DNA from: an uncultured archaeon
GTDB lineage: Archaea; Thermoproteota; EX4484-205; JAAOZP01
Direction: 5' to 3'
Assembly (NCBI GenBank): GCA_938045545.1
Contig: CALIBN010000002.1
Location: 32,001-96,000 of the forward strand
Length of the DNA stretch: 64,000 nucleotides
The translations under genes were made by a program, and so were the position numbers. How positions within the stretch are numbered: the first letter of the stretch is position 1; every line of letters begins with the position of its first letter. Positions 58,736-64,000 of this stretch are shown piece by piece. The notes below the pieces were generated by a model. The model worked only from the letters and a program-made list of their open reading frames with translations, did not search any database and had not been told where the DNA came from.

Positions 58736-60163
58736 ATGAGTGAGAAAAACATTCTTGTATTCACAATAGACGCGCAAATAACTCCTTCAGATTATATGGA
58801 TCTAGTTGACTTCATATATCGGAACTATGTGGCTCCTAATTTGAAGCATTTTACGAACATCGTCAGAAGCGCCTCTGAAACAGGGATTTTCCTCTTCTTT
58901 ACTGCCGTTGATCCGGATAGGAAATGGTATATCGATGTTCAGATAAGCATTGGAAAACCAATCAGCGTTAGAATGGTTTTAAGCAGCAGCGAGGTTCCGG
59001 GATCAGCAGTAAACTGGTTGAGAAGCAACCTGGTTGCTGCAGTCAGGTTTTTCGAAGACCAGCTTAGGAAGACAACCGTCTACTTCACTTGGGTTGAGGG
59101 CGAGGAAATAATACCTGAAAGGGTTCTCGAGGCACGCAAGAATTTTGTCTACCGGATGTTTTCAGAAAGCATGCTTCTCCTTTTCATCCTGTTCACCTCG
59201 CTCAGCATTATTCTCTTCCTAATCTTAGGGTCGTATGCTCCAATAACACTCGTATTAATGCAGTTCACTCTCATTCTTTTTTCAGACAGGATTATTGGGA
59301 GAATGGGGGATTGGCGTATAACCGAGAAAAACCCTCTGATACATGTTTTCCAGTATAATATTCCGGTTTCAGAATACAAGTCTTTTCTGAATAAACATGG
59401 TGCAGAAATATTCTCGAAGATTAAGAAAGAAATTTACAGCAGAACCCTCGCACTGGGGAAGCCGATGAACTACGAAATATGCGCAGAAGTCCTATCACAA
59501 TACGGATTAGAATATAACTCTGAAAGGGTTTCAGCAAAGAGTGTGAACCTATACGAGATAGTAAAGCAGGCGGCTGAAAAATTTGAGCTTCCAGTGCCCA
59601 AGATAATTGTTTCCAACACGACCCTGCCTAATGCGGCAGCCTCCGGGCCTTGGCCGAGCCGGGGAGTAATCCTGGTCACCACAGGGCTGCTTGTACAGCT
59701 GGAGGAGAAGGAGATACTGAGCGTTATTGGACACGAGTTCAGCCATCTTAGAGGGAGGGACCCATTGTTTCTCTTTCTCCTAACATCCATGGAGTATCTT
59801 CTAAGGTTTTACGTTTTCTGGCCGCTACTATACTTCCTAGGATACTTCTATCTTATAATTGCTCTTGGAGCCGTCTACTTTGTAGCCAAGTTTTTCGAGT
59901 CCAAGGCCGATTTAGAGTCCGCTATTAAAATAGGTGAGCCGCAGACCCTTGCCAACGCGTTGAGAAAAATAGGTTTCCGCAGGCTTCAGCTTGAAGCGAG
60001 GCGCGGATACGCTATTCAAGAATGGTTGGGTTGGGACCCACATCCACCTCTCTACTTTAGAATATATAGACTGGAAAGTCTTAGAGACCCAAGCAGGATA
60101 AAGCATCCCTTGATAAGATCTATAAAAGACAATATACTTGGTTTCTTAGAAATAATCGGATGA
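58736..60163 (+). CDS. M48 (HtpX-like) membrane zinc metalloprotease with long N-terminal extension
   Basis: PNAAA.G, GHEFSH (HEXXH), ESKAD, DPHPP..FRI; several TM helices. Confidence 0.85.
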   Translation: MSEKNILVFTIDAQITPSDYMDLVDFIYRNYVAPNLKHFTNIVRSASETGIFLFFTAVDPDRKWYIDVQISIGKPISVRMVLSSSEVPGSAVNWLRSNLVAAVRFFEDQLRKTTVYFTWVEGEEIIPERVLEARKNFVYRMFSESMLLLFILFTSLSIILFLILGSYAPITLVLMQFTLILFSDRIIGRMGDWRITEKNPLIHVFQYNIPVSEYKSFLNKHGAEIFSKIKKEIYSRTLALGKPMNYEICAEVLSQYGLEYNSERVSAKSVNLYEIVKQAAEKFELPVPKIIVSNTTLPNAAASGPWPSRGVILVTTGLLVQLEEKEILSVIGHEFSHLRGRDPLFLFLLTSMEYLLRFYVFWPLLYFLGYFYLIIALGAVYFVAKFFESKADLESAIKIGEPQTLANALRKIGFRRLQLEARRGYAIQEWLGWDPHPPLYFRIYRLESLRDPSRIKHPLIRSIKDNILGFLEIIG

Positions 60164-60741
60164 AACCGGGAAGATTAGTTAAGATTTTAAAAGCCATCCT
60201 CTACTATTATTCGGAGTTGAAGTTAAAGGGAATAATCCTAGTATTACATGCCCTAGTTCTTGTCATCATTCTTTCCATTTCTACGACGCATACGGATATC
60301 CCTCAGGCAAATTATACTAGCAGGAAAATATTAAGCGTTCCTTTCGTCAAACAAGGACCCGACCTTTGCTCTGAAGCCTCCGCCAGCATGGTTCTTCTCT
60401 ATTACGGTCTAAACTTCTCGCAGGAGGAAATAAATGCGATGGGGTTCGACAGGTTTGAGAACATGCTGCCGTTCTTAGACAAGTATATTTATTGTTCATA
60501 TAAATCGCTTTCCGTGGAAGAATTGAGAGAAGAAATTGAGAAAGGCAATCCTGTAATTATCAGGCTAAGAATTGGGATTAGCCTACATACGGTGGTGGCT
60601 GTTGGATATGAAAATGATTGGATAATTGCGCATGACCCTGCATCAGGACCCTTCGTACTGCTAAGGGTGGATGAATCGTTCATTTCTTCTTGGGCGGCGA
60701 CTAACTACGCTTCAATAGTTTCACGTGGCCGTAAGCCTTGA
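60160..60741 (+). CDS. C39-like (papain-fold) cysteine peptidase with N-terminal membrane anchor
   Basis: VPFVKQ...C..AS..M.L.YYG, HTVV.VGY, HDP; ATGA overlap with the M48 gene. Confidence 0.8.
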   Translation: MKPGRLVKILKAILYYYSELKLKGIILVLHALVLVIILSISTTHTDIPQANYTSRKILSVPFVKQGPDLCSEASASMVLLYYGLNFSQEEINAMGFDRFENMLPFLDKYIYCSYKSLSVEELREEIEKGNPVIIRLRIGISLHTVVAVGYENDWIIAHDPASGPFVLLRVDESFISSWAATNYASIVSRGRKP

Positions 60742-60820
60742 AACATTATTTTCCCTCCTGAGAAAGTATTTTCCCAGCTGCAGAAAATTCATAAATCTAA
60801 GCATCCAGGAGGAAGGCTGA

Positions 60821-61720
60821 ATGAAACCGGACCCATTATGCATCCCATGCACCGTAAATGCTGCCCTAGACATAGCCCTTAAAGCGACTAATGACCAAGA
60901 TACTATTAAGAAGATACTTTTAGAGAGCTTAAGATGGATTCCTAGGGCCTTTGAGGAGGATGCTTCACCGAACGTCCTCCACTCGCAAGTATGCAGGATT
61001 ACTGGAAAAATAGCCGGAGTGAGAGACCCTTTTAAGCATGTGAAGACCGCTTCGAATGAAATTGCCTTAAAGGTTTATCCAAGCCTATGTGAAATGCTCG
61101 AATCGATCAGGGATGATGTCAAAGCACTGAGGTTTTGTCTCAAGGCATCCATAATCGGGAATATGATGGATTTCGAGGTGAGGGATTATCGCTTCGACCT
61201 CGAAAGCCTAGAATCGCGGTTCAAAGACTATTTGAAAGAACCTTTGGTGATCGACGATGTGGATAAGCTGTGCGGAGCACTCAGCGGGGGAAAGAAGATC
61301 CTTTACCTAGCTGACAATGCTGGTGAAATAGTCTTCGATAAGCTCGTTGCAAAATGCCTCAAGGAGAGATGGCGTTGTAGGGTTACGATGGTCGTAAAGG
61401 AGGGACCTGTCCTTAACGACGCTACACTAGAGGATGCTAAACAAGTCGGTCTAGACGAGGTTTGTGATGAAGTTATAACAACGGGAGACGATACTATAGG
61501 TATCGTGATGGATAGGGTCTCTGAAGGCTTCAGAAGGGCTTTGAAAGAAACGGACATGATAATATCTAAAGGACAGGGGAACTTTGAATCCTTAACCGGA
61601 TTCGAGAAAAATATTGGAAGATCTGTATGTTACGTTCTTAGGGCAAAATGCAAAGTAGTTGCCAAACAGTTTGGCGTTCCATCAGGTTCGAACATAGTTG
61701 AATTTATACAAGTTTTTTAA
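60821..61720 (+). CDS. DUF89/ARMT1-like damage-control phosphatase
   Basis: CIPC, DPF...K..SN, GN.MD, DNAGE..FD, NDAT, KGQGNFE. Confidence 0.9.
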   Translation: MKPDPLCIPCTVNAALDIALKATNDQDTIKKILLESLRWIPRAFEEDASPNVLHSQVCRITGKIAGVRDPFKHVKTASNEIALKVYPSLCEMLESIRDDVKALRFCLKASIIGNMMDFEVRDYRFDLESLESRFKDYLKEPLVIDDVDKLCGALSGGKKILYLADNAGEIVFDKLVAKCLKERWRCRVTMVVKEGPVLNDATLEDAKQVGLDEVCDEVITTGDDTIGIVMDRVSEGFRRALKETDMIISKGQGNFESLTGFEKNIGRSVCYVLRAKCKVVAKQFGVPSGSNIVEFIQVF

Positions 61721-61908
61721 CTTAAATACTCATCGTCAACGACTTATTTATCGTTCAAAACCTCCCTCCCGACGAATATTTCAACTGTCAAGAGTTCGGC
61801 TCTGTAGGAATGTAAATCCTGACTTTACTGAGGCCCATATGGTTAGTGCCATAGTAGGAGGCTACGAGGAAAAAAAGCTTATTTGCTCTATGCGGGGATG
61901 AACAGTTT

Positions 61909-62586
61909 ATGGTGGATGTTGAAAGAAAAGTTACATATTTCGAATATTGTGGAGAGGTGAACACTGAAAAAGTTCTTTGTCTGGTTAAACTGCATTGTGA
62001 TAAGTCTAATCTTGATAAGGTTATAATCGCTTCTGAAACCGGTAGAAGTGCAATAAGAGCTCTTGAGATACTTGGGGGAACAAATGTTAAAATTATTGTT
62101 GTAACCCATTATCCAGCTGAGACCTGGGGGCCGAAGGGAAATATTCCTATCGGGTTAAAACGGAAGGAATATTCAAAAAATCTTAAAAAGCTTGAAGAGC
62201 ATGGATGTAGAATTGTTCAGGGAACCAGACCCTTCGCTCCACCTTCACGTTCCATATACTGGGAGCATCCCACTCCCGAAGGCATCATCGACATGGTTCT
62301 TGAAATTTTCGGAGCTGGCACAAAAATAGCCATAGAAGCTGCGATAATGGCTACAGACGCAGGAGAAGTAGATGAAGGTGAAGAAGTCGTATCATGCGCT
62401 GGAACGTATAAAGGCTTAGATACAGCCCTTGTAGTAAAAACAGCCTATAGCATGAACTTCTTCAAGAATTTTGAAGTTAAAGAAACAATAGCCAAGCCAC
62501 TATACCGCGTAAAGGAACTCCCAGAATACAGATATGAAAAATGGAAAGGCGACATAGACAGTTATTATAGACAATTAGGGTATTAA
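61909..62586 (+). CDS. Pyruvate-kinase C-terminal alpha/beta-like protein (DUF1867-type)
   Basis: YFE..GEVNT, IASETG.SA, VVTH, G.KIAIE...MA.DAG, GLDTA. Confidence 0.8.
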   Translation: MVDVERKVTYFEYCGEVNTEKVLCLVKLHCDKSNLDKVIIASETGRSAIRALEILGGTNVKIIVVTHYPAETWGPKGNIPIGLKRKEYSKNLKKLEEHGCRIVQGTRPFAPPSRSIYWEHPTPEGIIDMVLEIFGAGTKIAIEAAIMATDAGEVDEGEEVVSCAGTYKGLDTALVVKTAYSMNFFKNFEVKETIAKPLYRVKELPEYRYEKWKGDIDSYYRQLGY

Positions 62587-62890
62587 TTGAGTTATGCTAA
62601 GATACACAACAGCAAGATTTAAAGAAGGCTAAAGAGTCATAATAAGTAGAACGTGTTCCTTTAGTCATCGTTAACTTACCCTTAACAGCATTTCGCCTTG
62701 CATCAATTTCGGGGCTCTCACCGGGCTTGAAAAGAATATTGGCAAGCCTGTTTACTATGTTCTGAGATTCAAATAGGAAGTCGTTGGTAGAAGTCTCGGG
62801 GGTCCCAAAGGATTCTAACATGCTTAAGCTTATAGGGTTCCACAAGTTTCAAAAACTTTATTAGGCTTCCCTTAAACTACTACCTTACCT

Positions 62891-63751
62891 ATGAAGAAGG
62901 GGATAAATCTTTGGAGCATCGATTGGCCCGGCATTCTGAAGGAACTGGACAACAAGGAGGTTGCCAGGAGGATTAAGGAGATCGGTTATGAGGGGGTTGA
63001 GCTCATCTTCGACGACAGCAGTTTTGATCCAACTAGGAAGACTGAGGACGAGATACGTAGAACGGCCGAGGACTTCAAGTCGGCGAACCTCGAAATACCT
63101 AGCGTGGCGACGGGGGTCTTCTGGAATTACAACCTAGGCTCGAACGACGAGAAAATCAGGAACAAGGCCATCGAGTACGGCAAGGCCGGCATCAAAATGG
63201 CCAGCATTGTAGGAGCTTCATCGATCCTCGTCGTCCCCGGCGTCGCCTCCCCGGAAATACCTTATGAAGACCTCTACGCCAATGCTCTAAAATCGGTGAA
63301 GGAGCTCGCGGAGTTCGCGGAGGACTATGGCGTGACGATAGCCGTTGAGAACGTCTGGAACAAGTTCCTATACTCCCCCATGGAGTTTAAGAAGTTCGTC
63401 ACGGATGTTGGAATGAAGAATGTTAAAGTGTATCTTGACATTGCCAACCTCGTGGCGATATCCCATCCTGAGAACTGGATACATAGTTTGGGGAACATGG
63501 TGTCAAACGTGCACGTCAAGGATTTCGACGTCAGCATCGGAAATATTAATGGATTTAGGAGCCTGCTTAAAGGAAACGTGGACTGGAAGAAAATGATCAA
63601 GCTGCTCAAAGCGGCAGGATACGACGACTATCTGATCCTAGAGTGCTTTCCTAGTTTCGACCCCTCGTTGAAGTCCCCAACCGCTCGAGACCTCATGAGG
63701 CATGCTGAGGAAAACTGTAGGGCGCTCGAGGAAATCATGAAAGGATTTTGA
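62891..63751 (+). CDS. Sugar phosphate isomerase/epimerase (hexulose-6-phosphate isomerase-like)
   Basis: GYEGVEL, LVVPG, ENVWNKFL.SP, HVKDF, G.VDW. Confidence 0.88.
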   Translation: MKKGINLWSIDWPGILKELDNKEVARRIKEIGYEGVELIFDDSSFDPTRKTEDEIRRTAEDFKSANLEIPSVATGVFWNYNLGSNDEKIRNKAIEYGKAGIKMASIVGASSILVVPGVASPEIPYEDLYANALKSVKELAEFAEDYGVTIAVENVWNKFLYSPMEFKKFVTDVGMKNVKVYLDIANLVAISHPENWIHSLGNMVSNVHVKDFDVSIGNINGFRSLLKGNVDWKKMIKLLKAAGYDDYLILECFPSFDPSLKSPTARDLMRHAEENCRALEEIMKGF

Positions 63752-63754
63752 GTC

Positions 63755-64000
63755 TTGAAAAGAATACAGATAAGGAGGAAGGAGGCAGCTAGGTTTATCG
63801 AAAATGCTAAAAACCAAAAAATCTCTTTTAGACTAAACAAGCCGGAGTCTGCGGAGATAGTTGAGCTGGAAGACGCTAAAATACTTCTTTTAAACCGAAC
63901 CCCTGCCCTAATAATTTTTCCAGACGGAAGGATCATTCCGCATCTTCAAGGTCTTGGAAGAATAACGGTCTGTCCGATAGTGGTTGTTGATAAGGGTGCT
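63755..64000 (+). CDS. Pre-PUA/PUA domain RNA-binding protein, truncated by the window end
   Basis: Open frame from TTG 63755: MKRIQIRRKE...IIPHL...IVVVDKGA; absent from the ORF track because there is no stop in the window. Confidence 0.8.
   Translation, partial: MKRIQIRRKEAARFIENAKNQKISFRLNKPESAEIVELEDAKILLLNRTPALIIFPDGRIIPHLQGLGRITVCPIVVVDKGA

Noticed and set aside
62597-62845. 82-aa minus-strand ORF
   Set aside because: No recognisable motif; possibly a fragment, left unannotated
1-64000. CRISPR array, tRNA or rRNA genes
   Set aside because: No regularly spaced repeats, no full cloverleaf with a T-arm and no rRNA-like tract seen by eye; tRNAscan-SE would be needed to exclude split or intron-containing tRNAs

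Overview
Archaeal chromosomal window. Evidence: BRE/TATA promoters about 22-30 nt upstream of many start codons, archaeal-type TrpRS, long-form Trm112, a PUA protein, and a crenarchaeal-style purine cluster with two purF paralogues. Gene content suggests an anaerobic, probably thermophilic TACK lineage such as Brockarchaeota or Bathyarchaeia; this assignment is inference only. About 1.4-31 kb is a carbohydrate-scavenging region: GH78 rhamnosidase, GH63-like, GHL10-like, DUF6259-like and two Asp-box propeller proteins, sugar epimerases, Gfo/Idh/MocA dehydrogenases, an HpcH aldolase, an MFS transporter, a tandem amidohydrolase pair and two URO-D-family proteins. About 31-42 kb is housekeeping and cell-surface genes (GT2, ROK kinase, flippase, radical SAM, GGR, argG, htrA, trpS, trm112, nrdG). 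About 42-45 kb is a decaying toxin-antitoxin-type island. About 45-57 kb is a de novo purine cluster (purQ, L, S, E, D, F2, F1, C and M), interrupted by ybjQ, an IS relic and two stand-alone Lrp/RAM domains. About 58-64 kb holds proteases and metabolic genes. The main signals not visible in the ORF track are: two related internally deleted IS200/IS605 (tnpB) mini-elements 39 kb apart that keep the omegaRNA/right-end region; several pseudogenes with reconstructable lesions; and two adjacent paralogue pairs in which one partner has lost catalytic residues. No tRNA, rRNA or CRISPR array was seen. All calls are by eye; no database searches were run.
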